IMG/VR virus record: IMGVR_UViG_3300021400_000262
Location: 46,035 to 110,034 of that record
DNA: 64,000 nucleotides
Direction: 5' to 3' (one strand)
Source of the DNA: a virus
Lineage: Duplodnaviria > Caudoviricetes
Made by a program: the position numbers and the translations under genes
Notes under the pieces: model-generated
Told to the model about the DNA's origin: nothing
Database searches by the model: none
What the model saw: only the letters and a program-made list of their open reading frames with translations
Part shown: piece by piece, positions 50,235-63,410 of the stretch
How positions within the stretch are numbered: the first letter of the stretch is position 1
Layout of the letters: every line of letters begins with the position of its first letter

Positions 50235-52451
50235 ATGGCTGATAAAATTAAGTTTTTGATGGGAACTATATCAGACATCACCGATAAAACGAGTGCTCAT
50301 TATCCTCCTGTAATCGGTGGTAGAGTATATTTTTCTATCGACTCATTAACTTCTACAGCAACAGCTACCCAGGGTCGTATATATTTTGATGTCCCGACAA
50401 ATGATGGACGTGCAAAGAGAATTTTAATGAATGATAGAGTCTCTTTTGCGACAAATGCTTCAACAGCTTCTTATGCTGATACTGCTAATATAGCTGTTAA
50501 TGATGTTAATGGATCTAAGATTGTTGAAAAATATATACGAAGTATTACTATTTAGAATAATAAATTAACTTATGAAAAAGGTAATGGTACATCAGTTGAT
50601 GTTAATTTGCCAACAGATACAAATGATAAAGTAAAAATTACTTCTACTTCAACGGCGGGAGCAAAAATATATTTATTAGGTAATACATCTACCGCATTAG
50701 GTTCAACAACATCTTCTTCTATTATTGATTATACAACGACCTATAATAAAATATATATTGATACAGATGGAAAATTACATGGCACTATAACTAATGCAAG
50801 TACTGCTTCTTATGCGAGTACTGCTAGAGTTGATATAGGCGGTAATTAGATTGACTCAACCTATATAAAAACTATTACTTTAGAGTCAGGAAATAAATTA
50901 AGATATACTAAAGGAAATGGCTCTTTTACTGACGTTTCTTTAATTGATGAAAAATTAAAAGTTACTGCCACTAATGTATCAACGGCAACTAAAGCTTATC
51001 TAGTTGGTTTTACAGCAACTACACTTAATACTGCGGGTAATACAACAACCAGTACTGGTGTTACTTTTCCAAATATTTATATAGGTAGTAATGGTGTTAT
51101 TAATGGTACTATAACCAATGCTTCTTCTGCTTCTTATGCAAGCACAGCAGCAAGAGATTCTAGCGGAAAACAGATTAATACAAATTATATTACAAGTGTT
51201 TTTTAGACTCTTGATGCTAATGGAATTCCACTTTTAAAATATAAAAAAGGTGATAATACAGAAACAGATATTGGTTCTTATGCTCCTTTAACAAATGGAA
51301 TAATTGATTTACAATATATTCCAAAAACTGCTATTGAAAGAATTGAAACAGTAACTACAACAGCAGATATGTATGCATTAACGACTGCGACAATTCAGAT
51401 AGGAGATATAGTTCATGTTACCGGCACTGGTAAAATGTACTATGTAGTAGATGAAACTAAATTAAATCAAGCAGCTGGTTATAAAGAATTTCAAGTTGGT
51501 GTAGCTGGCGCGGTTGCTTGGAGTAATGTAACTGGCAAGCCGCCTGTATTAACTACAGCTTCTTCAGCTTCTTTATCTACTAGTACAACAACTGCTACTT
51601 TAAATATTGACTGGATTGCATATGATAACAGTTAGCGCAACCAAAGCTTCGTTATACCGGCGGCCGCAACCAATGTAGCAGGTTTAGTCACTACTGGAGC
51701 ATAGACTTTTGCAGGAAATAAAACTTTTAATGGACTTACATCATTAAGTACTGCTAATATTAGTCATCAATTAAATTATTCTGGTATTGGAACTGCTTCT
51801 GGAAATAATAATTATTATCTTTGGATGTCTTCTACTGCTTCTGCAAGTAAAGGTGTTCCACTTTATGCTTCTGCGTTGGTATATAATGCTTAGGATAAAA
51901 CATTAGATGTAACCGCAAAAAGAGCTACATATGATGCAATTACAACAACAGCTACTATTTCAGCAAGATATGTAGAATATGATAGGACTTCTTTTGATTC
52001 TTCGACAAATAAAATTAGTCTTTATAATGGTAGTGGTAATTATAAAGATTTTAATATAAATAACTATTATCCTTCTAGTGCTACTTGGGCAGCTAATGCA
52101 AACTCAGTAACTTTAACCATTAGAAATAGATCGCATACTTCTTCAGCTTTAGTTAGTAGTGCTGTAAGTGCTACTATTCCATTAGCTACTGGTTCAGCTG
52201 CTGGTATCGTAAGCGCGGCTGCGCAGACATTCGGTGGAAATAAAACTTTTAATGGTAAAATTGCAGCAAATAATTCTACCGATTCTACTTGGTCTGGAGA
52301 TAATAATGCTTCATTCTTTACTCAAGGCGGTATAAGTGTCAGTCAATAGTTAAGTGCTAAATAGGTTCGTATTGATGAAAGTAGTAATAGCAAAGCAGTT
52401 ACTTTAAAATTTGATGCGAATAAAGAAGTTTTATCTTTTGTATTTTCGTAA
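50235..52451 (+). CDS. Tail fibre protein (738 aa)
   Basis: AAGGAG RBS, ATG at 50235. Three TNAS(T/S)ASYA repeats and two AGxV...AQTFxGNKTFNG repeats. TAA at 52449-52451. Confidence 0.75.
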
Positions 52452-52466
52452 TTTAGGAGGAATAAA

Positions 52467-52991
52467 ATGGCTCAGTTAAGGGATTTAATTGTTACTGGGG
52501 CTGCGAGATTCCTCAATAACATATATGGTAATTTAATAGGAAATGCTAGTTCTGCGGATAAAGTTAATCATAGATTGACTATTACTGTTGGAGGTTCAAC
52601 ATAGTATTTTGATGGTTCTGTTAATCGAAGTCTAACCATTGATGAGAGTAATTTAAATATCACTGATATGGTTAGACTTATCGGAGTTGTAAATTAGACA
52701 TATACTACTTTTTCCGATGGAGATAATTCAGAAGGCGGAGTTGTGACCAATAGCACAACAGTTACGAGCGCTGGAATTACACAGCATGCAATCTTTTTAT
52801 CGGAAGTTTATAGTTAGGAATGCGGCGCCCGCTCAGGCTCCGTAGGTTCTAGTACTATTACATATTATTAGCCAAAAAAAGGAGATCTTGTACTCTACGA
52901 TGAATAGGAATATTTATGCGTCGCCGCAGATACTACTAAATCTACATGGCGAGCACTTGACTCTTCTGGCTATTGGAAAAAGTATTCTTAA
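52467..52991 (+). CDS. Short fibre-associated protein (174 aa)
   Basis: AGGAGG RBS. N-terminus MAQLRDLIVTGAARFLNNIYGNL is shared with gene 55736. TAA at 52989-52991. Confidence 0.75.
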
Positions 52992-53003
52992 GGAGGAAGA
53001 TAG

Positions 53004-54755
53004 ATGAGTTTACAAGTATGGCTTCCTCTTGATGGAGATTTGAGAAATTAGGGACTAGATGGATCTGCAGTTTTGTCTAATTCATCTGCGACTTGGGGAA
53101 CTGGTAAAATTGCAGCTAAAGCTTATTTAACGAATACGGGAACTAATGAAGCTACTTTTTAGAATCTTATTGGAGTAAAAGAATTTTCTATTGCCTATTG
53201 GTTAAAAATAGATAGTTCTCTAACTTATAATGCTTATCAAGATTTTTGGCAAGTGTATTATACCAATAAGACTGGAACTGGTCCAATAAGAGACGAACAT
53301 AACAATGTAGCTGGAGGACATTAGCTTTTGGTTTATAAGGAAACTAATGTTGGTAGTAATACAAATGGATATTGGGGATGTTCTGTTAATGGCGCTAATA
53401 ATGTATGGGTACATATTGTATTAACTAAAGATGCAACTCAAACAAAAACTTATTGTGATGGAGTTTTAAAACAGACTTAGAATAATACTGTTTATGAATC
53501 TTCTACTGGTTCATTGACAGGAAAAGTCAGAATTGGACTAGCAACTTGTGGAGCTTATTTAAATGATTTCCGAATCTATGACCATTGTCTTTCATATAAA
53601 GAAGTTTCTGAATTGGCTAAAGGGTTAATTCTCCATTATAGATTAAGTAAACCATTACCTAATTTACTTAGAAATGAAATTCATACGACTGGAGCTTGGA
53701 CTTGGGAGAACTGTGCATTAACTGCAAATGATAGCGTTTTAAAAATGGTTAGTAGCGCAGCTAATTGCAGAATATATAATGGACTTTCAAATGTTTGGAC
53801 TTCTGGAAAAAAATATGTTCTTTCTTTTGAAGCTAAATCTGATACAGCTGGTACTACAGTAGATGGTTCCAGAAGCATAGCGGATTTTACTCCAACTATT
53901 ACGTTGACAACTGATTGGTAGCGATATAGTGGAATTATTAATTGTACTGCGACTAGCTCTGGTGGAACTCTTTCTATTCGAGTTAATTAGAGTGGAAGAA
54001 CTGTTTATTTTAGATCTATTAAATTGGAAGAAGGCGAAAATGAAACTGGATATATTCCTCCAGAAACAAGTAGCTTATATGATGCATTAGGGTATAATTC
54101 TAATATAGAATTGGATTGCGCGCCGGCTGGTAATCAAAATGACGGGACTATAGTCGGCACTATAACCGCGACCGCAGATTCTCCAAGATATGAAACCTCT
54201 TATTATTTCCCTTCTGGAGCGAATTATATTAATGCTGGTTAGGGAGCTAAAATAACAGATGCTGTTACTGTTAATACATGGATAAAATATACTACTTGGG
54301 GGACACCTATTTCTTGTACAGAAGGTGGTGGTTGGAATTTTGAAGAAAGTGGAGGCGGTATTAGATTCCCGATATGTACTGCAGATAATACTTATAGAAT
54401 AGCGCAAAGCACCATTACTTCAGCTTCTTTAAAAGATAATAAATGGCATATGCTTACTGGAACATATGATGGATTAGTTGCTAAATTTTATATTGATGGA
54501 GTAGAAAAAGGTACTATAACTGGTTCAACGACTCATAAAGACATAAGATATCATTCTTCTAATGTAATTTTTATAGGTGCTGAAGCTGGAGGTAATGCTA
54601 CTACTCCTGATAGTAATACTTTTGTTGGTAATATTTCAGATGTTCGTATATATTGTACTGCCCTTTCTCCCTTTGATATAGCGGAGCTATATCAAACCGC
54701 CGCACAAGTAGATAAAGATGGTAATGTATATGCATATGAATTTAAGGAGGCTTAA
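53004..54755 (+). CDS. LamG/concanavalin A-like lectin domain protein with a CBM-like insert (583 aa)
   Basis: AAGGAGG RBS, starts MSLQVWLPLDGDL. Two LamG signatures (WVHIVLT...LNDFRIYDHCLS; WHMLTGTYDG...ISDVRIYCTALS). TAA at 54753-54755. Confidence 0.8.
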
Positions 54756-54757
54756 CT

Positions 54758-55348
54758 ATGGATCATAATATAACTAAAACAGGTATATGGACTGGTGGGC
54801 CTTGGGAAGGATTTGATGTAACTGCGCTACAAAAAGGAAATTTGTAGATTAATCCGAATTTAATTGATGGAGATACGTGGGTTTCTATTTCTGGCTCTTC
54901 TGGAAGTTATAATAGATATTATAGTGGAACTCCTGTATTAAGTCCAAGTCGGGCTTATACAATATCTTATGATTTAGAAGCTATTGATGCTAAAGCAGCT
55001 TCTTCTGGTTCAAATTATTATAGGATTGGAGCAGAATTATCTATAAAAAATGGTAGTGGCGGAACTAATTATTATGGAAAATGGATAGCATTATCTACTT
55101 CAACAGCTTATAATTTTAAAGGAAGATTATATAATACTTTTAATACCACTTCTAATCAAACTTAGTCAAATGGTGTAGGAATTTATATTTAGGGGCTAGG
55201 TTCTGGATATGTAAAAATCTCAAATTTAAAAATTGAAGAAGGATCTACTATGACCCCATATGTACCAAGTGAAAATAATGTTTATGGTTTAGAAGATAAT
55301 GGTTCTTTAAATAATCCAATAGAAGCTAATCAATTTTATGAATATTAA
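54758..55348 (+). CDS. Carbohydrate-binding-module-like virion protein (196 aa)
   Basis: AAGGAGG RBS. NPNLID...VKISNLKIEEGSTMTPYVP pattern typical of CBM-like phage domains. TAA at 55346-55348. Confidence 0.7.
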
Positions 55349-55419
55349 AATTTGTCTTTTCGCAAATTTTTTAATATATATATTTTTAGAAAATCTCGTT
55401 GAAAAAAGGAGAGAAAAAA

Positions 55420-55626
55420 ATGCTTAATATAAATGATACTAATATTAACTATAATGCTACTAGCACAGATGGAGACAATGTGATTGCGAATATGTCTAGT
55501 TCTTATTCTGGGACAGATATTTATTTTTCTTTTAATCTCGTATCTAAGGTAGCTAAAGATGTAACAACTGCAAAGACTGACTTTGCTGCTTTTATTGATA
55601 GAGTTGTTAGTGATATTAATGAATAA
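55420..55626 (+). CDS. Small hypothetical protein (68 aa) with its own candidate promoter and terminator
   Basis: AAGGAG RBS before ATG 55420, no TAG. TTGTCT-N17-TATATA upstream (55352) and a hairpin downstream. Confidence 0.75.
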   Translation: MLNINDTNINYNATSTDGDNVIANMSSSYSGTDIYFSFNLVSKVAKDVTTAKTDFAAFIDRVVSDINE

Positions 55627-55637
55627 TATAAATCCTT

Positions 55638-55676
55638 AAGGGGGAGGGGAAAAATAAATCTCCTCCCCTTATTTTT
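55638..55676 (+). terminator. Rho-independent terminator
   Basis: AAGGGGGAGGGGA / TCTCCTCCCCTT stem followed by ATTTTT. Confidence 0.7.
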
Positions 55677-55735
55677 CGTATAAAGGGAGAAAAAAGGATT
55701 ATGAATATAAATAAATTTTGAAAGGAGGATAAGCC

Positions 55736-58700
55736 TTGGCATTTTTAAAAGATTTAATTGTAACTGGCGCAGCCAGAGTACTTAATGGTATATATGGTGA
55801 TTTAAATGGAAATGTCCTGAATTATGGAGTTTGCGGGACGGCTGTCGGCACGTAGGCCAAAGTCGTTGAAGTAAATGGCACGTTCGAACTGAAGACAGGA
55901 TCTGAGGTTGCTGTCAAATTTACCAACGGTAATTCAGTGGCGAATCCTACTTTAAATGTAAATGGGACCGGTGCGAAGGCGATTTATTCTGGAGCTGCGG
56001 CGATACCCGCGGCCGCAATTCAAGCTGGTTATACATATAGTTTTAGATATAATGGAAGCCAATGGGAGTTAGTTGGGAGTACTATTGCTTTAAGACTAGG
56101 TACTTCTACTGTTGGGGGTGTAAGATAGCCAATTTATCTTAATGGTGGAGTAGCAACAGTAACAAATTCGATTGTTTCTCATTTTGGTAATGCCGGAAAA
56201 AACAATATGAATGATGTTGGTAGATTGCATGCTTCTGTAGGAATGACAAATCTTACAGACCCAGGTAATACAACTGATAATCCTATAAATGGAACCACTA
56301 AATCGACAGGTTGGCATTTATATTGGGATGCTAGTTATTCTGATAATCCAAATGACAGCAATGCTTGGGTTGCTTAGATTGTAAATAAAGCTGGTACAGA
56401 TCAATGGTGGGTACGTTCTAGAAGTGGTGGAACTATTACTAATGGTACTGCTTGGCATAGTGGATGGAGACATCTAATTACAGCAGATTAGGCTGGAGTT
56501 GGATCTGCCACTAAACCAGTCTATATTAACGCAAATGGTGAAGTTCAAGCAACTACATATAGTTTTAATGCAAATATTAATGGTGGTGTTGCAAATAGAA
56601 TTGCATATTATAGTAGTGTTAATGCTATAGACTCTGGCTCAATTACTACCGATGGAAGTTATTTAGGTGCGGTTAGCTATCTTTCAATAAATACAGCTCA
56701 TCAAACAGGATACAGATTATATGTAAATGGAACTAGCTATTTAAATGGAGCTGTTTCTTTTGCTAATAATACTTGGAATAAAATTGGCGATGATGCTCAA
56801 TTAGGTGATATAAATCTTGGTGGTCATATTGGAATCCAAGGACTTAATGGTAATACTGGTATTTTCTTTACTACTTATAATTAGAGTACTAAAACAACTG
56901 GTGGGAATCTTACTTGGGATGGAACTAAATTTATATTTTCTAACTTAGTTGCTATTAGTACTAATAATAATACTTTAACGATTGGTTCTTAGAATACTAG
57001 TTATTCACATATTGAGAATAGTGCTGATATACCATTTTATTTTAATAAAGGTATTTATGTAGATGGTTTTATGAAACCATACTCAAATAATAATAGAGAT
57101 TTAGGTGATGCTTCTCATAGATGGGCTTCTCTTCATATTTACAGAAATGTTAATATTTATGGAAATGAATCTACAGGAGATGAAAATCATATTAAATTTA
57201 ATGCAAGTGATAATAGTTAGAGAGCTATTATTACATTTAATGGCAATACTGATAATACGGCTAATTCAACTACTCATTTAAAAATTGCTACATCTTATGG
57301 CGATATTCGTTTAAATGCTGCAAGTAAAAATATTAGTATTGGCGATGGTAATAATGCATTATTATATAGAACTTCTACTGCTACAAGAGCTGGTATTTAT
57401 TATCATACTTCTGGACGCGAATCAGTTGTATTTGCAAATAAATATGGTCATGCAAGTTGGATTTTCGTTAATAATATTGATCCAGCAGAAAAGAAATAGT
57501 GGAATAGTTTAGGTACAACTCCAGCTGTATAGATTCATCATAATGCTTTATATATAAATCGTGCAGTAAGAGATTCTGATACTGCTGATTTTAATTTTTA
57601 TGTCAATGGAACAAGTTATCTTAATGGTTAGGTATCTGTAAAAACATTGTCTGGATTAGAAGGAGGCCATGTAATATTATTTTGTAAAAATAATATTGTT
57701 TCTACTTCTACTCCTAAAGTTGGAACGACAACAAATCTTACTACAAGTGATTCTGATGCAGAATGGCTTAAAGCAACATTAAAAGCTATTTGTGCAACAT
57801 ATCCAAACTATTCAAGTGTAGTTTTTAAAGGTAAAATTGCTCCAAATTCAGAAGGATATTATGAAGTTTGTATTTATAATACTGATACTGTTGATAGTAA
57901 TGGATTACCTCGTTATAGTTATGGAACTTTTAGAAAATATACTGGTAATTATTATGTTTTTGGTACTTCAGACTATTCTTACTATTGCACATCTATTGTA
58001 CAAAATTCAGGTACTTGGAATATTTCTATAACTGGTAATGCAAATACGGCAACTGCTCTGACTTCTAATGCCGGCGGCACCGAGTAGCCAATATATTTTT
58101 CTGGCGGTAAACCAGTAGCAACAAGTTATGCATTAAAAGCTACTGTAAATGCAGGAACTGCAAGTAGAATTGCTTATTATAGTGGAGATAGAGCTATCAG
58201 TTCTGGAGGTATAACAACTGATGGAAATTATCTTGGTGCAGTTAGTTATTTAAGTGTTAATACTGCTCATTAGACAAGTTATAGATTAAGTGTTAATGGA
58301 GCCGGATTAATAAATAACAATTTAACTGTTGGTACTAGTAATGCCGGTGGTTTTGGATTAGCTTAGACTAATGGAACTGGTTTAGGCATCGCTTTGTATG
58401 GTGGACCAAGAGCAACTATACCAGAATATGGTTTGGCTTTTGCACTTACTGGTAATCAAGGAAAATGGGGAGATGTTCAAGCTGATTGGGCAACCTATTT
58501 TACAATGAATACTAATAATTAGCGAGGTTGGATTTGGAAAGCATATAATAGTACAGCTGAAACTGCTATGGCTGGCGCATTAAGTTCTAGAGGCGTATTT
58601 ACTGCTAGAGCAGTTGGTAATAATGAAGTATTTATAGCTTTTCCATAGGGTGGTACTTATCATACTCAAACACCAACGGTAACAGGAGCTTTAAAAATTA

Positions 58701-61700
58701 CTTTACCGCAATTTAAATCTAATACTATGATGTAGTTTGATATAAATATCTATATGTATGAAGGCGATAATCGAATGAGTGCTACTTATACTGTAGGAGG
58801 ATATTTATATGGAGATAGCGGATGGTATGCGAATAGTTCTAGAGCTTATTCTACTGGTATCGGTCCTAATAAAAATTTAACTGTTAGATTTGGCTATGAT
58901 GGTTCTAAAGCTTGTGTTATGATTGGCGAAGTTAATACAACTTGGAATTATCCTCAAGTATCAGTTTCTAATATAACCTATGGTTATAGTAATTATGGAA
59001 TAAATAGTTTTGGATATGGATGGACTATTAGTTTTATAACAACCTTACCTACAACAATTAGTGGTAGTATTACAAATCCGGCTATTTATAAAGATGGAAC
59101 AGCTAATCGTATTGCATGGTTTAATACTGCTACTCAAATCAGCTCTGGTTCAATTACCACGGATGGAGGTTATCTTGGTAATGTCTCATATTTGAGTATT
59201 AATACTGCACATCAAACCGGATATAGATTATATGTAAATGGAGATTCTTATATATCTGGTTGGTCAAGAGCAGCAAATGGTTTTTATGTGCATGATACTG
59301 GAGTCCATTATACTCATCAAGGTAATTTTGGAGAGATTAATACTACAAAAGGTAATGAATTAATATTTAGTGGTAATAACGCTACTGGTTATATTAATTA
59401 TAGAGCGGCTTCAAGAGGAACCACATATACGACTTGGGTTTGGAATGCTGGTAGCAGTTCTAGTTATGCAACACATAAAATTGGACATTTACACAATGGA
59501 GCTAACAATACTTATGATATTGGAGCTACTGGTACTCGTTGGAGAACTGGATATTTCTAGACATCTCTTCTTATAGGAGGTACAAGTTATACAGCTGGTA
59601 ATAGCGCAGCCGCAGGTTCCTTCTTCGGACAAGGATATATTGAGATGTCTAGCAGTACGCCTTTTATAGATTTCCATCAAAATCATTCTACTGCAGATTT
59701 CACTTCTCGTATAATTGCCAACGCCGCAAATAGACTTGAATTTGATCGTGGCGGTACTCCAGCTAATCTGTCATATAATAGCAGAACTATCACGCCAATG
59801 GTATTTTTTAATGGTAATCCTGTTTATACCAATTCAGATTTTGAAGCAGCTGGTCATTTTATGAATAATAGACCTTCTTCTGGTGGAGGTTATTATTTAT
59901 ACGGCAATAATGTTGAATATGGACATTTTTATATCTCAACTATTGGTACTGCTAATAGTGGAGATGGTAATGCTACTCGTGGAGCGCAAGGCGAAGTATA
60001 CTTAAATGTTGGTAATAGTATTACAAGACCTGCGGCGGGGACTGCAGGTGGAGCTAATAATGCTCGTGGTCGAATTCATGTTTATGGTACTGGTGGCGGT
60101 TATACCCGTATCATGGATGGTGAGTGGTACGGAAATAATTTAACTGTTGTTTCTGGTGGTTCTACTACTGCTAATACAGAGCATCTTAGTTATGTAATTG
60201 CTGGTAATAGTGCAAATGTAGCTAGTACAGCTAGCCATACAGAAGGTGTTCTACGACTCTATTCAGCCGCGACTCATTATCATCAAATTAGAGGTAGATC
60301 TACTACTACAAATTATACGCATTATTTGCCTAATCAGAATTCTTGGATTGCGGTCGGCGGAAACGGTTCTAATACCGGGGTAGGTTCTACAACTTAGCCA
60401 GTTTATTTAAGTGCAGATGGTATTTTATCTACTACAACATATAGTCTTTCTGCTACTATTAGTGGAGGAACAGCTTCTAGAATTGCATATTATTCAGCTG
60501 CTCATACAATTAGTTCTGGCTCTATAGTAACTGATGGTGGATATCTTGGTTCTGTATCTTACCTTTCTGTAAATACAGCTCATTAGACAGGTTATAGAGC
60601 CTATATAAATGGTACTACTTATTTTAATGGAAATACTACACACAATGGTATTGCCTACTTTGCTAATGGAACGACCTATTATATAAATAATAGTGGTGAT
60701 TCTCGACTTCGTTACCTTGGAGTTGGCTCTGCTGCGCCTAGTACTTCATATGCATTGAATATTGGCGGAAATGTATTTTTAAATGGTATTCATTACTTTG
60801 GTAATGGTACTACTTATTACATAAATAACTCTGCTGTTGGTTATTTCCCTGACTTTAGAGTTGATTAGGTAAGACTTGATAGCAACTGGATAGGATTCTA
60901 TCAAAGTAATAATGCCGGTGGTAATAGATATGGATATGTACAAGCAGATGCTTCTTACATGTATTTCCGTAAAGAAAATGGAAATAGCGGTTTTAATTTT
61001 AATGGTAATTTAATTCCATCTGCTACTAACTCTTTTGATCTTGGTACTAGCGCGAATCGTTGGCGTACTTTATATATGCAAGGTAATATCGTCATGCAAG
61101 ATATGGGTACTCCGGCTTCTTATCCAGCTACTGCTAATAAAATTACTTGGAGTGGCGGTACCGACGGTGCTGAATTATATTATCAAGTAGATAGTGCTGA
61201 TAATGGTAGATTCTTTATTAATATGAAAGATGATGGTAGCGCATTAATTGCTCTTGCATATGGTGGTTCAGCAAAGGCTTACTTTAATCCATCTACACCA
61301 AGTTTTTATCCTGTTACAAATAAAACTGGATAGATAGGTTTAAGTAGCAATAAATGGAAGCATCTTTATGTTGATAATATTAACCAAGCTCTTACTGGCG
61401 GCACAAGAACAACTGCTGGTGGAGACCATGGTTCTAGTGCAAATCCACGTTATTTCCCAGATGTATGGACATTTAATGCAGCAATAACTCCTGCAAATGG
61501 AGATATGATAACGATTGAAACTCCAGGTCCTGGTCATGATTATGGTGTATTCTTATCAACAGATAATGGTACAAATTATTATCCAATAACGCTTTCTGGT
61601 ACTGGTCGTTTGACTACTCATTATCCACAAGGAACATTCTTGGTTCTTGTATTTGATAGTGATAATTCAGCTGGTTCTATGTTCGCAAGAGCTGGACAAA

Positions 61701-62551
61701 ATAATACTACTAGAGCAACTGTATCTGGCGGTACTTGGCGAGTTGTTAATTATTATGCCGATGGAAATCCAGGAGACTGGAACTTGAGACAATATACAAT
61801 TAAAGCCGCGGCCGCAATTAGAGCGACCCATGTTATTGGCGGTACTGATGCTGGATATAAAGAGGTTGCTGCAGGTAATGCATTTGATATTCGTTATACT
61901 GTACTTTTTGCTGGTAGTGCTATTTCATCTGGAGCTACCAGTAGTAATAACTATATCCATCATTATTCTGTCAATATACATAATAACAGCAATTCTAATA
62001 TAAGTGGTTGGACTGCTTATAAAAACCTATATATTAAAGGTACTATATCTGGAACAACATTCACTCCTATTTCTGGTGGTAGTCCATTTGTCTAGGATAT
62101 TACTGCAGCTGATGATGGTTATGTATATTACTATATCGGCCGTGCTTATAATAGTAATGCAATGACATTTGATACTACTGGAAAGATAATTTATTGGTAT
62201 AAAGAAAATAAAGTTCAAATTTATACCGGAAATATTTATGCAAATGATATTACAACAGGAGCCCCTGAAGCAGATTTATTTTCTGAACTTCAATATAACA
62301 ATATGATAACAACAGTAACACTTGTATCAAGTGATTGGTCTGCATCTGCTCCATATACTCAAACAGTTAGTGTTAATGGTATGAGAGCATCAGCAAATCC
62401 TTTCTTTTGGTTAGCAGATACAAATAGTGCTGCTGTAGCAAATGCTTTTTATTATATTGATATTATGACTACTGCTAATGGTTCAGTAACTTTTAAATGT
62501 TTATCAAGCAAACCAACTGTAAATGTACCAATTATAATAAAAGGAAGGTAA
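55736..62551 (+). CDS. Long tail fibre protein (2271 aa)
   Basis: AAGGAGG RBS with TTG at 55736. Fragments at 55937, 57647, 58754, 59645, 60959, 61505 and 62162 are in one frame. Motifs ANPTLNVNGTGAKAI and YDIG....RW; four ~47-aa internal repeats. TAA at 62549-62551. Confidence 0.85.
56591..60615 (+). repeat. Four dispersed ~140-bp coding repeats in the long fibre gene
   Basis: RIA(Y/W)..SGxIxTDGxYLGxVSYLS(I/V)NTAHQTxYR at about 56591, 58160, 59102 and 60473. Confidence 0.85.
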
Positions 62552-62557
62552 TTTTAT

Positions 62558-63388
62558 ATGGGATATGGTTTTAAGGTATGTGGAAGAAGACATGAAATGT
62601 ATACTCCTCCACCGCCAAGACCGTTTGACTTAGGTTTGGATGCAATCGTGGAGATAATCGATCAATGGTATGCAGGTTCAATAACAAATCTGACAGATTA
62701 TTTTGCTATTGGAGAAAAAACATATATCACTCTTCCGACATATGAGTATACAAGAACAAAATCACTTAGTTCGGTTGTAAATCTTTCTGCTCCTGCTGCA
62801 ACTGTTGGTATAAAAATAATTGGTATCAATCATGATACACTTACATCTTCTTATAATGGGAAAACAAAAGCCGCTCTTACTATTCAGATGGATCCATATG
62901 TTTACAGTGGATCATAGTTACTTAATGGCAATCCGAGTACCGCTGCTAATGGTTTATATTGTGAGGGTGCTCAAGGTGAAAGCTTTGCTTGGCATTTAAG
63001 TGGCGAAAGAGATTTTTTAAATTCTACTATTTTTTCTAATAGATTACGTAATGTTATGCCAACTCAATTAAAAAATAGATTGAAGGCGGTTAATAAAAAT
63101 ACTCGTTGTATAGGTAATGAAGGTTCTGCTTATCAAGGAGCAACAAGTGAAGTAATATTCCTTCTTTCATATGCTGAAATTTCTGGTATAAATCCTGGTC
63201 AAGAATCTGCATCATAGTATGCTTATTATGCAAATACCAGTAATTCATATTCTAATGGTGTAAGTGTGTGGTTAAGAAGTGTACAAAGTAATAACCAATA
63301 GTATTATGCTGATGCTGATACGAGAAACATTTTGGTCGGTCAATCGAACTGGTTGGGTCTTGGTCATAGTTTTTGTTTTTGTCTTTAA
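62558..63388 (+). CDS. DUF6273-like (C-type-lectin-fold) putative receptor-binding protein (276 aa)
   Basis: Motifs IIGINHD, W..S..R.FLN, LKAVNK, IFLLSYAE, YAYY, VWLRS and terminal FCFCL. TAA at 63386-63388. Family assignment is from motif recall. Confidence 0.7.
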
Positions 63389-63410
63389 AAAATAAAAAAG
63401 GAGATAAAGG

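Noticed and set aside
1982-62218. All minus-strand ORFs and off-frame plus-strand ORFs in the track (e.g. 4241-4582, 9556-9894, 21425-21685, 47132-47443, 48922-49269)
   Set aside because: They are shadows of long + strand genes, with no convincing RBS and no protein-like motifs.
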